From Camelus ferus (Eukaryota): 64,000 nucleotides of DNA. Within the stretch, counting starts at the first letter, position 1; every line of letters starts with the position of its first letter. Shown one piece after another: positions 48,842 to 61,580 of this stretch. The notes beneath the pieces were generated by a model. It was not told the DNA's origin, searched no databases, and saw only the letters and a program-made list of their open reading frames with translations. The stretch covers positions 50,036,001 through 50,100,000 of the forward strand of contig NC_045696.1 of the NCBI RefSeq assembly GCF_009834535.1. The letters are read 5' to 3'. The translations under genes were made by a program, and so were the position numbers.

Positions 48842-50912
48842 TTTCAGAGTTCGTGGGGAGAGAAAGAGTAGAGGAGAAAAGAATTAGTTCTTGAGCTTAC
48901 TGAGTATGAGTAGACAAAAAGTCATCTCCATGGAGCTGCCCAGTGGTAAGACGCATCTGGTAAGTAAAAGAAGTCTGTTAAGTAAGGTTCACCTTTTTAA
49001 AAAATAAATGACCATAACAAAGTTTGTTTTAGCTTAAAATCACTTATTCATTGCTCACTAAAACATAAGCAGATTCATAGTTTGTGGACAGAAGGATAAT
49101 CTCTAACGATGGATGTTATCCTCGTGGAGAAGTCAGACTCCCTGCACCTTGCTTGTGATGCTGTGTAATATCAGAGAGTATGACGTTGGGTTTTTCAACT
49201 GTAAAGCTGCACCCTGGAGGAAGGTGTGATGAGACAGGGCCGATTTCTCTTTGCACCATTCCTGGGGGGATCATCACAGTTACTTCCCATGAGACTATAA
49301 TAATACAACATTAGATAGGTTTTCAAAGAACATTTTTTTTTCTTTCATGAATCAGTCCTTTATTACTGAAATAGAAAGTGGGAAGAAACTAAAATTTCCT
49401 AGGGAGATTTCCCACCATTTCATGATAGTTCTTTCTGTTAAAACCCAGTTGATAGCGTACCTTTGCCCCTTCCATACATACTTCAATGAAGTTAAATTTG
49501 AGGTTGAGAATAATCTTTTATTTCTCATGAGTCAACCCACCAGTGATTATAAGCTTCTCAGAAACAAAACCTTCACTTTGGGGCAGATATTTGCAGACAA
49601 TTACCTAATTTGTAGAAATCTTTGAGTAGCAGTTTTCTTTTGTTTGATTGGGTCAAGGGCTGAATTGGAAAGCAATAGAAGATTTAGACAATCATGTGAA
49701 ACATATATTCCAAATTTCACTTTTCCTCAAGTATCTAACTATTTCAGATAGAAGTGTTTTTTTTTAAACTATTTTTTTCACTTCACCTCATAATAACCTA
49801 ACCTCTAAGTGGACTCTTCGCAATGGTACCAATGGCAATGTTAGTCAAACACTGTATCCTGGGTGGAATCGTGTTGCTTTCTCCTATTCTAAGCTTAGTC
49901 CTATGTCACATAAGAGGGCTCCTCAATAAACAATTTGTGGTGGTGAATTTGTTGATTAGTTGGAAGGATGGTACAAAGAATATTTGTTTTCAAAAAAATA
50001 AAAAATCTTGGCTTTGCTAGATAATTGTACTTATGCTTCCCAGGTTAAGGCTAGATGATTGGTGACCCTCATTCCTGCCCCAGTTTCCTTATAGGTCCAA
50101 GCAGCAGAAATGTAATATATAAGAAAAGTGTTAAGCAATCTTTACAGAACTGCCCAGGTTAGAATTGCTGGGAAAAATCTTGCATTCTAAGGCTTCTACT
50201 TTTCTACAAAATTTTGCCCTTGAATGGGTGCAAATGCTACACATCACATCAAAATGTCATAGCAAAATCCAGTCATGAAGTAGATGGCTAACAGGCCCAC
50301 AAGCCTGGGCATTCTTGCCTGAGCTATTCTGTCTTTCACCACAGATCACTGATACTGGAAACGTTAGCAACGTTAAAACATGTAGGGCTTTGCAAGTTCT
50401 GGTAAAGAATGACCTAAGGTTACAAAGAGAGTGAGGACATGGCACCAAGATTAAATCCCTGGTCTTTTACTTAACTGTCTACGTGCTTTGTAGGGAGGCC
50501 CACATCCTCCCACTCTAAGTGCTAGAAAGCTAATAGCCCTTGAAAGGACCACCATCTGTTTACTTTGTGACCATTCCCAGCCCAACGTCCAGCGAGTGAG
50601 TATCCACAGCAAACAGAACTCAAGATCTTATAAATAAAATACATATATAACATTGGAATTCTTGAACATGTTCTTTTTCTTCAAGACTTAAATGATTGTG
50701 CAAACCATTATTTCCTAGAATTACCTATATTTTTTTAAAGAGACCCTGACCCTCATATCACCTTGGGTCAGGAATGTCTACTTCATCTTTGCCGATGTGC
50801 AGGAGAGTTCTGTGTTTATTGATTCTCCTGTTATCTTCTTAAAATCCATTAGGGTAGAAATTATAAATGTTTAAAGTTAATATTTTGATCTTTCTTTTAC
50901 CCAGAGCCCTAG
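36234..50912 (+). CDS. CD200: CD200 (OX-2 membrane glycoprotein), join(36234..36245,38345..38426,41526..41846,44181..44453,46405..46512,50905..50912), 267 aa
   Basis: Translation [13 protein letters not shown]...AQVVTQD...[16 protein letters not shown]...[20 protein letters not shown]...[38 protein letters not shown] is recognisably CD200. Exon phases are consistent. Confidence 0.97.
38345..38426 (+). CDS. CD200: CD200 exon 2, signal peptide ([27 protein letters not shown])
   Basis: Acceptor tcttcag|, 82 nt, donor AAG|GTAAAG. Confidence 0.92.
38990..39145 (-). mobile_element. Short L1 3'-tail insertion in CD200 intron 2 with TSD tgctgctgg
   Basis: Poly-T plus a tail matching 21617-21785; tgctgctgg at 38976 and 39146. 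Confidence 0.75.
39800..40830 (-). mobile_element. Ancient L1 fragment in CD200 intron 2
   Basis: Degenerate antisense ORF2 motifs (atttccctctgagaactgcttt; atgttccacgtgttgcttgaaaag; tctcccattatgattgtagattt). Confidence 0.55.
41526..41846 (+). CDS. CD200: CD200 exon 3, IgV domain
   Basis: [22 protein letters not shown]...ACLTLS; donor G|GTGAGA. The start is placed after the AG at 41524-41525 because 41518-41519 is GG. Confidence 0.93.
42720..43020. repeat. CT-rich polypyrimidine low-complexity tract
   Basis: About 300 nt almost entirely C/T. Confidence 0.85.
44181..44453 (+). CDS. CD200: CD200 exon 4, IgC2 domain
   Basis: Poly-T tract plus cccag|; VQPTVFLHY...[15 protein letters not shown]...VICQV...VNK; donor AAG|GTAAGA. 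Confidence 0.95.
45970..46215 (+). mobile_element. MIR SINE
   Basis: acttaatttctctgagcctt...atctgtttaatgatggtagtaatacctaactcatgggctattttgaggattaaatgagataa core. Confidence 0.8.
46405..46512 (+). CDS. CD200: CD200 exon 5, transmembrane and juxtamembrane region
   Basis: Acceptor ccacag|; [36 protein letters not shown]; donor GAG|GTGAGT. Confidence 0.95.
48798..48837. repeat. (GT)20 microsatellite in CD200 intron 5
   Basis: Perfect GT run. Confidence 0.95.
50905..50912 (+). CDS. CD200: CD200 exon 6 coding part (EP*) and start of 3'UTR
   Basis: ttcttttacccag|AG CCC TAG gives the known ...DREP C-terminus. Confidence 0.85.
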
Positions 50913-52163
50913 AGGAGTCAACAGAACCCTGAAAGTTATTCCCTGGTCTACTTGAATCTGACTCAGTAGGATAGCAGGAGAAAGGGGGTCATTCTCCAAG
51001 GAACCTAACAGAGCAAAAGAAGTGGGAGTCAAAGCCTAAGGATTTTGAGAATTTCTGCCGCCATCTAGGCTACCCAGAGCTTATGTGAGTTCCAAGAGGA
51101 AGTCATTTTACCTCTCAGGTCTGTTATAGGACTTGACTTTGTGAAACGATGCAGTGCTGTGCTGTTGAAAGGATTCTGGACTTAGAATCAGGAGCCACTG
51201 CTCAGAGGCCGACTTTGACTCCAACTGGTGGCAACTCTGTGTTCATCACTAACACAGTGAACTTCCATGTTTGCATCCAGAAAATTAAGAGGTGGGACCA
51301 GATGATTTGCCATTTAGTTCCAAAAACTGATGAAATTCCAGGAAAAAAAAATGAATAAAAAAGAAAGAGAAGAATACAGGAAGGTTGAGGACCAAAGAAC
51401 TTTTCTGAGACTACCTTTTGCCTTTCTGCTGATGCTCTGTCTCTTCTTCCCTTCCTCTTCTTGGGTCCATAAGTCTGTTTCCTCATCACTTGGGATGTAG
51501 TCTACTGCCTGCTTACTGTTTTGCTAATAACTGGTCTTTCTAGAAGCTTCAGTGTCACTGCTATTCTTCATGTACTTCTGTGATGTTTACCACAATGAAA
51601 CTGGAACTGATTTGTCGTGAAATAACATTGGCAACCTTAACTTTACTTATCTATTTTTATAGCCGACTAATTATTGTTAGTATTAGACAGCGGCTCATAT
51701 TTTGAAAAAGCATGCATATCTTGTCCCATTTGTCTCACGGTAAGACCCAGACCTGTTTTAGTCATTTTAAATTCAGCCTAGTAGTATGAAAACATATCAT
51801 GAACATAGGCATTTAGGGAGTTTCCTGAATAGCAGTCAGCCAGTTCCAATGCTTTGTGTCTCCTAGCTTCTTTTTTCACGAGTTAACTTCTCATAAAAGC
51901 AGTGGAAGCATGTATGGGTGTACAAATCTTTGTTGTAAACATATTGTTCGAACTAGTAGAACAGTTATGAACTCTTCAATAGTCATAAGATGAAGTTAGT
52001 GACCTGTTCAGTATCTTTTGCTTTCTTGTCTCTATCCAGTGATGTAGGAACTAAAACTTAAATTGTTTTCACTTTTGAATGGCATATTTATATATTTAGT
52101 AAGTGTTTTCATATGTTATTTAATTCTATATTATTTTGTATATTTGTATTAATATACTGAGTA

Positions 52164-52169
52164 ATTAAA
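52164..52169 (+). terminator. Candidate CD200 polyadenylation signal (ATTAAA); a proximal AATAAA lies at 51354-51359
   Basis: ATTAAA at the end of an AU-rich 3'UTR-like segment, followed by GT/T-rich sequence. Confidence 0.5.
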
Positions 52170-52567
52170 AGTGTCTAAATATTTGGTGCATGATGTTCTC
52201 TTGGGAAATGTGGAAAATGTGTAAATTAATGATAATCTATGTCTTTTCCTTCTGTGTGTGAAGCCTTCCTCTCCCCTCTAGCTCTTACTCCCAAAAGATG
52301 CTGTTGACATTTGTGTGACAAGGTCACATATCAGATGTCCTTGATCTGACCAGTGAGAGCTCCTTCATGTTGGTGCCTGTCCTTTTGATGTGACCTGGTC
52401 AATTTTGGAGCACTTCCTTACATGTGCTGTTTTGATTTTGCTTCTAGATACCAACCTTTGCAAATGGGTTGGCTTACAGTTTTAAATTTAGTAAGTGTTA
52501 CCACCCTGCTTCTGGTTTTGCTGTATTTCTGGTATCTCAGCTGCCAGATCAGACAGGGAAACTTAAG

Positions 52568-52902
52568 AAGCAGCTCTCAAACATTGAAGGGTCTCAAGAC
52601 CCCTTTACACCCTTAAAACATCATTGAGGACCCCAAAGAGCTTTCTTGTAAAGTGAATTATGTCTGTTGATAGTTACCATCCTTGAGATTAAAACTGATA
52701 ATTTTTTTTTAGAAAGCATACAAGCATGCATTTCATTAGACATCAGAGTGATGACAACGTCACACATTGTGTGACTAACTCCACCGCACACTTGTGAGAT
52801 TATGAGAGTGAAAAAGAGAAACAAGGAAATGATGTGATTACGATAATAGTTCTGACTTTGTGGATCCCCTGAAATGGTCTCAGGGGCAATATTGAGGACT
52901 GC
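52568..52902. mobile_element. hAT-Charlie-type DNA transposon remnant
   Basis: ctctcaaac...ggtctcaagacccctttacacccttaaaa...ttgaggaccccaaagagcttt; ends ttgaggactgct with weak terminal inverted similarity. Confidence 0.65.
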
Positions 52903-53116
52903 TCACTTTAAGTATAGGCAGAGAAGGAGCCCACCTTATGAGATTTCATGAGTCTTTCCCAAAGGCACTCCTTACGAGACAGCTGTCTTCACAACGCCTA
53001 AACATCCCACCGTCCCACCATAATGTGAGTTAGGCCATTACTTTTCTGGGAGTTCCCCTTAAAGCGCAGAGAGCCTGGGGACTAATCCTTCTTCCGCACT
53101 AATAATTCAATATAAA

Positions 53117-53174
53117 TTGGCTTATTAAATGGCTTATCAGTTACCTTGGCTTATTAAATGGCTTATCAGTTACC
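53117..53174. repeat. Perfect 29-bp tandem duplication
   Basis: TTGGCTTATTAAATGGCTTATCAGTTACC twice. Confidence 0.95.
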
Positions 53175-54169
53175 TTGCGTAGGTAGGTTTTGATGGGAAA
53201 GATTGGGAGGGTCATAGAGAATGAAGAGAGGAGGAGGAAGCTGTAGCTCAGAGCACATGGCTCTGTCTGAGAAGGCAGCTCCCTGTGGAGTACCACTCTG
53301 CCTTGTGACTCCTGCTCCCCCACCCCTGGGAGGGGCTCACCAGTTCCCCTACACTCATCCTGAGCCTTTTACCTACCAGTGCTTTTTCTGAATTTGTGAA
53401 TTGGAAAGAGACAGCTTGGGCTTTACATGCTTAAGCAAGGCCGGGAAAGTTGTAAACATTTGAGTCACTTAGAAAAACTCAATCATAGTTTTTTTGTTAG
53501 TAAAAATTTAGAAAAATTCCAGAGACAGGGGAAAGCAAAAGAAGCATTTTGTGCTTAAATAGAACTAAAACTGAATATGAGAACTTGGGGGAGGGGTGGG
53601 AATTTATAAACCACCAACTAGGTAATATTTCATAAATACAAATTGAAAGAGTACAAAATCTATATTATGACTAGAGATTATGAGGCTCTGGTTAAAATAG
53701 TTTTCGGGGACTTTCTTTTATGGTTATTCTTAGCTCATCAAGAAGGAGATTCAACTTTTTAAAAACAAAGCTTCCTAAAGTAATTTCTCACAACTGTCAC
53801 ATTTTTGTTTTTTGTTTTCTATCTTGTTCTGAAGACATTCCAGATTGGACTACAGTCTCCCCACCTTAGTCACTTAGGCTAATGAACTTGCTCAGGGTCA
53901 CAACAGAGCTCTGATTCAATTGTAAGCAAGCGAACTTTTGCATAGACATCATATTCATTTGAGCCTTGTGAGGTCAGGAAGATATTTAAGCCCATTTTTA
54001 TAGGTGTGAAAAATGAGGCTCCAAGCTTTTCCGTGACCTTCCTTGGGTAACACTGAAAAGGTTAGATGGGACTGCAACTCCAGCTCAGAATTCCAGACTT
54101 CCTGCCCAGTGCTCTCTGTTCCCTCCACTCGTGCTGTAATTCATCTCTTGTCCTACTTGTTAGTATATC

Positions 54170-54835
54170 TTACTTGCTTTATCAATATGTTGAGAATCTA
54201 GCTCTTACCCCCAATCTTACCACCTGGCCCAAACCATCATCTTTCTCCTAGACTGTTGCCATAGCTGTCTAATTAGTCTCCCTGCTTCTGCTTTCTCCCC
54301 CTTTAGTCTATTCTCATATCTGTTCTAAAATATGGGTCAAAACAAACCATGTCCTTCTGCACAGACTTTCTCAGGCATCCCATCTTATTTGGGGTAGAAG
54401 CCAAAGACTTTACATGGACTATGAGTCTCCACATGGTTGAGCTCCCTGGTACTCTCTGAAATCACCTCCTACTGCTCTTTCTCCTGCTTATGCTCTGCCA
54501 GCCACACCAGCCTCCTTGCTATTGCACCTACATTCAGACATGTTTCCACCACAGGACCTTGGCACTTACTCTTCCCTCTGCCTGGAATGTTCTTTCAGTG
54601 GAGGACCACAGAAGCTCTTTCCTCCCCTCCCCCAAAAAAACCCTCTCTAGCTCCCTCTCCTGCTTCATTTTTCCTCCCTATCAGCATCTAGCAGGCGCTG
54701 TGCTTTATTTGCCTAGTTTATTATCTGTCTCCTTCCAATGGGTTGTAAGCTTCACAAAGGCAGTGGTTTTTATCTGCCTGCTTGCTTGCTTTTCCCTAGC
54801 ACCTAGTACAAACCATCAATAAATATGTCTTGAAC
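54170..54835 (+). mobile_element. L2 3' fragment
   Basis: ccatcatctttctcctagactgttgc; tctgcctggaatgttcttt; ccctagcacctagtaca...caataaatatgtcttgaa. Confidence 0.75.
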
Positions 54836-54974
54836 AAGTAAGTTTTATGCTAATACATCATGGAAGAGAGGAGTAGTTCAAACAACTTTGCCCTGGAACA
54901 TCCCTCCTGCCCTCTGAGAGGGCATGATGGAACTCGAGAGTAGAAAAGGACTTTTTCGAAATTGTCAGTCATGA

Positions 54975-55150
54975 GGCATAGAGAAAAGCATTATGGATTT
55001 GGAGCCAAAAGAATGGGATTTAAGTTCCACCCCTGATATTTAGTAACGTGCGATCTTGGGCCAGTCACTGAATCTCTCCGAATTTACATGTCCTCAATTA
55101 TAAATCAAATGTGCATTAAGTCTGTCTTTCTGAGTGGCTGTAAAGGCTCG
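54975..55150 (+). mobile_element. MIR SINE
   Basis: ggatttggagccaaaagaatgggattt...gtgcgatcttgggccagtcactgaatctctc. Confidence 0.6.
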
Positions 55151-57430
55151 GGTGAGAAAGGGTCTATCTCCCAGTATGTGCAAGTTTACGTGCTGAGGCG
55201 TGCCTGCCCTGAGACCTCCAAACCCCCGCTGAAACAGCACAGGCCTCTGTCCTCAGTTGCTTCCCAGTTCCTTCTCATTCCCACAGGCAACTGCACTCTT
55301 GTCAGAAGTGGACTTGAGGTGGAGGTGGAGATAAGGGGCTGAGTAGAGAGAAAAACTGCTGCGCTTTGCTTCAACACAAGCAGGGGCCCTACTGCACCAT
55401 CCAGGATGATCTGGCACCTCCTTATGCTGAGGACAAGCCCAAAGGAAAAAAAACACACAAAAGTTAAAGTCTTTTCTATTTAGCATCAGCGTTCTGAATA
55501 CAGTCCAGCAGCAGAAAGGCACTGAAACGCAGCTGCTCGGCTGATACACTTCAAATCCAGGATTCTGGATCTGGTGGTGGTGTTTAGCTTTGTATTTAGT
55601 AATTCCCTTAACTTGTATTGGTTTCCCTTCTTATAAATCAACGACAATACTGTAAATAGCTCACATAAAATTAAGTCAGATGATGGCTTAAATTAAATGC
55701 TTTTAAGTAATGTGTTGACTAATAAACCAGATGGCTCTCAGGTAAGAAGCATTAAAATCTCATTGATGGGGAAGAAGTTGGAGGGAAGCACATGGATAAC
55801 TTCATGGGTGAGTAGCACTGGCCTGGACCAGTGTTTGTGAAATATAGCCTAAAGACAGCCTAGAATTTGATTCCCCCTTACTTGTCCCAGTGCGTTCTAT
55901 GAGACCAAGCCAGTTCTGGGGCTGCCCATGCATGGTTGGAACCACTTGGGGAAAGGAAACACTTTTCTCTACTGTGTCTTAGGACTAACCTCAATTTACA
56001 AATCCCTTGAAAAGAGAGAATCTATTCCTCAAGGGAAGCCTATGCTTACCAAGTTGTATTTGATTTGACCGTGCCCTATCCCCAAAGTGTCATCGGAAGC
56101 CACCATCTTGTATAAACAAAGGTCAGCAACAGTATGTGGTCTAGCGTGTCCGGAACTGACTGGCACCTGTGCCCCTGGGAAGGCTGCGTCTCCTCATGCG
56201 TGCCGAGGAGCGCCGTAAGAGACTGAGTACGAATCAGAAGTCAGAGTCAGAAGAGATTTCAGAAATAAGAAAACAGGGCTCAACATGTCAGATGGCTCAC
56301 TGAAATCACACAAACCTCAATCCTTTACCAGGACACAGGAGAGAACCAGGCAGCAGGAATTCCCAACATAGCTACAGACCAAAGACTCTAATGCAGCATG
56401 ATGGAATCTGCTTGAGGGTGCTGGCTCAGCCAAGAAAAACTTTTCTGAATTTAAACATAGCTTCAAGACAATGGGGCTTTACTGAAACCCCAGACTTTCC
56501 TGTGTGAGGCTCAATGCTGTTCCTATCACTGGTTTTTGATGTACCTCCAGCTTCCTTGGCAGTGAACAGGTAAACAACTGGTTTGATAGATAATATGTGG
56601 TTTTAACCTGATGCTTAAATTTTGGAAAACTCTTTCCCTTGGATAGAATAGTTTTGATTGTTTTCAGCAAAGGTATTTCTTGAGGGGAGAATCTTGACGG
56701 GAAAGAGAGAATGAGGGCGAGGGAGCAAGTGAGCACATTCTTGGGTAGGGAAGGGAAAGTTTCCAGATATATCAGGTTAAAAACAAAAACAAGAATACCC
56801 CCAAACCACTTAAGAAGCTAACACTTATAAGGGTAGACCTGAATGAATTTCCACTCACTCTCATCAAGTTTCAGAAAACTAAGCATATCAGAGAGAACAA
56901 TTCAAACGTGGTGAAAAGATGAAGAGAAAGAAAACAAGTGATTTCACAAGTTTGGGGGCTGAGATGGAATAGAGGTGATGACGTTACTCGATGAAGTCGT
57001 GATAACTGGTTTTTATACCGATTAAGTATCTATGAATTTTCTGACCATACAGTGGTTAGAGAACAACACTGCATTTCTCTTTACTGTTTTATACATGTAT
57101 TTATACTAGTTGTGTCCATGGCAATCAGAACAGCAGCCTGTGTCTTGCAGTGGGTAACATTTTATCAAGCACTGTGGGTAGTCACCCAACTGTTCTGGGT
57201 CTAGAGAGATTGCAGCAGAGGGAGGCACTGAAAAAATCCATCTCTTAGAGAAATGTAACACTTAATGGCAGACAGAATAAACCTACTTGCATGTATTTAA
57301 AAACAACTTGTGAAATTTCGTGAAGTAATGTCATGAATGGGAAATAAATTTAGAAATGTATTTATTAAAATTCAATTTATACTTTGATCTTTACATGTTG
57401 ATTTTCCCAATTTACTACTTTATATATGTA

Positions 57431-57577
57431 TTTTTTTTAATTTGCTTTTTTTTTTTTTTGATGGGAGGAGGTAATTAGATTTATTTATTTATTCTTAGAG
57501 GAGGCACTGGGGATTGAACCCAGGACCTCATGCATGCTAGGCATGTGCTCTACCACTTGAGCTATACCCTCCCTCCC
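57431..57577 (-). mobile_element. tRNA-Ala-derived camelid-type SINE (vic-1-like)
   Basis: Reverse complement GGGAGGGTATAGCTCAAGTGGTAGAGCACATGCCTAGCATGCATGAGGTCCTGGGTTCAATCCCCAG plus an A-rich tail. Confidence 0.85.
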
Positions 57578-58154
57578 ATATGTAGTGTTTTAATTGCTTC
57601 AAGTCATATGTGGGAAGAGAATAGGCAAATAAAATTTAATTCTTAAACTAATGTTATGGTAGTATCTTGCCAAGTCTAGGTCTCCTGACATAATACCAAC
57701 CTGACTGTGGGATTATAACTATTAAATCAGATGAGTCAGTGGTTACACATTAAAAACTTCAAAGTACTATAACAGAAGAAGAATAGTGATAATAATAACA
57801 ACAGCTAACATTTATTGAGCACTTTGATATTTTGCCAGACAGAGTGATTTGCCGGCATGTTGTCATTTAATATTCACAATAAACCTATGAAAGAGCATCA
57901 CTTTACTATTTGACGACAACAACAACAATGACAACAGGTACAAGAAAAACCCTGGAGGCTTGGGAGGACTGAGGCATCTTTCCAGTTATAAATGGGCAGA
58001 ACTAAATATAAGTAGGTGAAAAGGATTTTGGTGTGATACAAATTTTTGAAGTGGTTTTGATCAAAACGTTTTGGAGAATATTTCCAGTAAGTAATACTTA
58101 AAACTCAGTCTTTGGTGCATCAAACAGCCCACTTCACACTTCTGTAAGATAATG

Positions 58155-58558
58155 AGGTCCACAACTGAGTCCCTGGAACCTGAGTGTGATCTTATTTAGA
58201 AAATAGGTCTGGACAGGTGTAATTTAAGATAAGGACCTTGAGATGAGATCATAATGGATTATCTTGGCACATCCTAAACCTAATGAATACAATCTTTACA
58301 AGAGACATATGGAGAAGAGGTGAAGGCAATGTGACCATGAAGGCAGAGATCAGAGTGATGTGGCAGCAAGCCAAAGAATGCCTGGTGCCACCAAAGAGGC
58401 AAAGAACAGATTTCCCACAGAGACTTTGGAGGGAGGGTAGCCTTGTGGACAACCTTGATTTTGGATGTCTAGCCTCCAGAACTGTGAGGGAATAAATTTC
58501 TGTTGTTTTAAGCCACCAAATTTGTGGATATGTTATGACAGCCCTAGGAAAATAACAC
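58155..58558 (+). mobile_element. MaLR solo LTR (MLT1-type)
   Basis: ccctggaacctgagtgtgatcttattt; gaaggcaatgtgaccatgaaggcagagat; gcctccagaactgtgagggaataaatttctgttgttttaagccacc. Confidence 0.85.
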
Positions 58559-58646
58559 AAAGATCAAGAGAACAGAACTAGAACCAATTGGGAGAAAGTA
58601 AAAGGATGAACTTTCTAATTGTTGGAATTGCTCAATAGTGTAAGAG

Positions 58647-59230
58647 GCAGACTATTTGCAATAGCTAAGGCATGAAAGCAACCTGAATGTCCATCAACAG
58701 ATGATTGGATAAAAAAGATGTTCTCTCTCTATACACACACACACGCACGCACACGCACACACACACACAATGGAATACTACTCAGCCATGACAAAGAATG
58801 GAATAATGCCATTTGCAGCAACATGGATGGATCTAGAGATTATCATACTAAGTGAAGTAAGTCAGACAGATTGAAAGACAAATATCATATGATATCACTT
58901 ATATATGGAATCTAAAAAAATGACACAAATGAACTTATTTACAAAACAGAAACAGACTCACAGACATAGAAAACAATCTTATGGTTACCAAAGGGGAAAG
59001 GGAGGAGGGATAAACTAGGAGTTTCAGATTAGCAGATACAAACTACTATATATAAAATAGATAAACAAGGTCCTACTGTTTAGCACAGGGAGCTATATTC
59101 AATAGTTTGTAATAACCTATAATGAGAAAGAATATTGAAAAGAATACATATATGTATGGCTGAATCACTATGCTGTACACCAGAAACTAACACAATATTG
59201 CAAATCAACTTCATTTCAATTTAAAAAGAA
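58647..59230 (+). mobile_element. LINE-1 3' end with internal (CA)n
   Basis: ataatgccatttgcagcaacatggatgga; same 3'UTR as 18322-18895. Confidence 0.85.
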
Positions 59231-59909
59231 GAGTCTGAGGGGCAGAGTTATAAAATTGCTGGCTTCTGGCAATCAGAGTAGTGGTTCGGTTGTTGAGTGG
59301 TCAGGAGGAAGAGCGCTCATTGCACGGAATTGAGAGTCTTACGGTTTTATTTTATCAAATTTACATATTTCTGACTATAGTTTTCTGAAATCACATCTCA
59401 GAATCCCCAGCTTTTATTCATTTCATTGTCCATTATCTCTGTTTGAGTTAAGAATAATACAGTTAAGTCCAAACAGGAAGATTAGTTTCCAGGGCAGGAG
59501 GAAGCCAGTGTTGACCATGACTGGAAACAAGATCAGGGATACCTGGCAGAGCTTCATAACTGTGCAGCCATCTCCCTGAAGCTGATTTATCTGATGCTCT
59601 CTACGTTTGTAGAGGAGCAGATTTTCTTACAGGAAAATAAAGAAGCTACCTTCTTTGTATTATTATACTCTCTTTCTTTGGGCCACTAGCCTACTTAGGG
59701 ATTAAAAACTCACATAATTGCAGTTGACTTTAAGGTCAACTAAATAATTTTCCCTGTCTCTGAGATGGTGAAGAATTAATATTTTGAATCCAGTTAGGTT
59801 ATCTGATTCATTGGCTTTTAGGAAACCACAGGTAGGAGTTTTTAACCTGGGTTTCAGGGCTATATGATGGGATAACTCTACAAATCTCTTAAAATTACAA
59901 GCAAATTTG

Positions 59910-61580
59910 TTTTTTATCTCTTCTCACAGCATCTCACAGTAGACTGCCTTTCTTTAAACTCTCCCTTCCACTATCATCTGAGATACTATGTGTTCTTGAT
60001 TTTTCCTCTTATCTTTACATCCCATCCTCCTGTGCCTAACATAAATTCTGCAGTTCTTGAAAGCTTGGATATAGACCTTCTCATTTTCTCACTCTGTGCT
60101 CTCCCCTGTATGATCTCATCCATATCCATGGCTGCAATTATGAGCCATAGACTCACAACTCCAAAATTACTTTTAATCCAGAGCTCTCCTCTGAGTTTCA
60201 GATATGCATATGCAACTGCCTACCAAACATCTCCCCTTAGAGAAAACTCAAATTGAACAGGTCCAAAGCGGAACTCTGGTCTTTCTCAGTCCTAGGACTC
60301 ATCCTCCTCCAGTTTTCCCTCTCACAGTATGTAGTATCATTCATCCAGGTATATAATCCAGAACCTGGCAGGCATGCCTTGACACTTCTCTCTCCATCTG
60401 TCCCTATATCCAATTAATCAAAGTCCTACTAGTTTTAATCCTAAAAATAAAATATACACCTCTGCATCTCCACCACTACTACATTTATTTTACACATTAT
60501 CATCACTTGTCTGAAATATTGTGAATCCATTCCCTACAAAGTTACCTGAGCAATCTCTCTAGATACTGATTATGACATCCCCTGATTCACATGTTCCAAT
60601 GACTTTCTAGTCACTCTTAGAAGAGAATCTAAAGTCCTTCATAGGATCAGCAGTCTGGCCCCTATGTACTTTACTAGCTTCATATTGTACCATTTCCTCT
60701 GACTCTCTGTGCAATTCAGCCAAGTTGACTGTACCAGATATCTAATGCCATGACTATGTTGCAGATCACCATCAAATATCACAGGCATATGACCATCATC
60801 ATGTATTACCCGTTGTGATTGACTAGGCAGCTCTACAGATCTTGGCTAGGCTTGCTCACATGTCTGAAGGTCAGTTGGAAGCCACCTAGGAAAATTTGGT
60901 TCTACTACACACCTCTTATTGTCCAGCTGGCTCTCCTGGGCATGTTCCTGTAGCAATTAGAGACAGGAAAGAGAGCACATGGAAGCACACAGGCCAAGGC
61001 TTGGAACTGGCACGTCATTTCCACCACATTCTATCAGTCAAAGGAGATTCAAGGAGTGTGAAAATAGATGATATAATTTTCTTAAAAGGAACTTCAAACC
61101 TGGAAAGCAAAGGAGAAGATAAAGAGTGGAATGAAGACTTGGGACCAATATCACAATCTTTCATCTTATCTTTCTTGAATATGCTTTTTCCCTTTTTATC
61201 TCAAGGCCTTCATACGTGTCCTTCAACCTGCCTGAGGAGTTTCTCCCACCTTAACCTCACCACTCCAAATGACTGGTTAGATTCTACTGAATGTTCAGCT
61301 ACCAGCTGATAAAATTTCCTAAAAGGAAAACTGCCAGAACCACCCCCTCCGGACTAGTTCCCTGGGCCCCATATGTCCTCTCCTTGAACCAGTATTTCAA
61401 CCAAAGGGAATAATTCACTGTATAATTTGCTATTTAATGTCTGGCCATCCTTCTAGAACATAAGCCCCTTGAGAATAAGAAGGATATCTGTAATGTTTAA
61501 TATTGTGTCTCCAGCACTGAGCAGAGTGCCTTATACAGATTGAGTGCTCTGTAAATATTTGTCAAATCTATGATTGAATG
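59910..61580 (+). mobile_element. L2 fragment interrupted by an old LTR-like segment (about 60745-61110)
   Basis: tgatctcatccatatccatggc; ctctcctctgagtttcag; 3' end gcactgagcagagtgcc...gtgctctgtaaatatttgtc. Confidence 0.65.

Noticed and set aside
51054..51070. CTCF-like motif (CTAGATGGCGG on the minus strand) in the CD200 3'UTR
   Set aside because: Only a partial match; cannot be supported without a PWM scan or ChIP data.
52422..52616. 64-aa ORF with a TM-like hydrophobic stretch downstream of CD200
   Set aside because: No splice or promoter support, runs into a hAT remnant, and T-rich sequence readily yields such ORFs.
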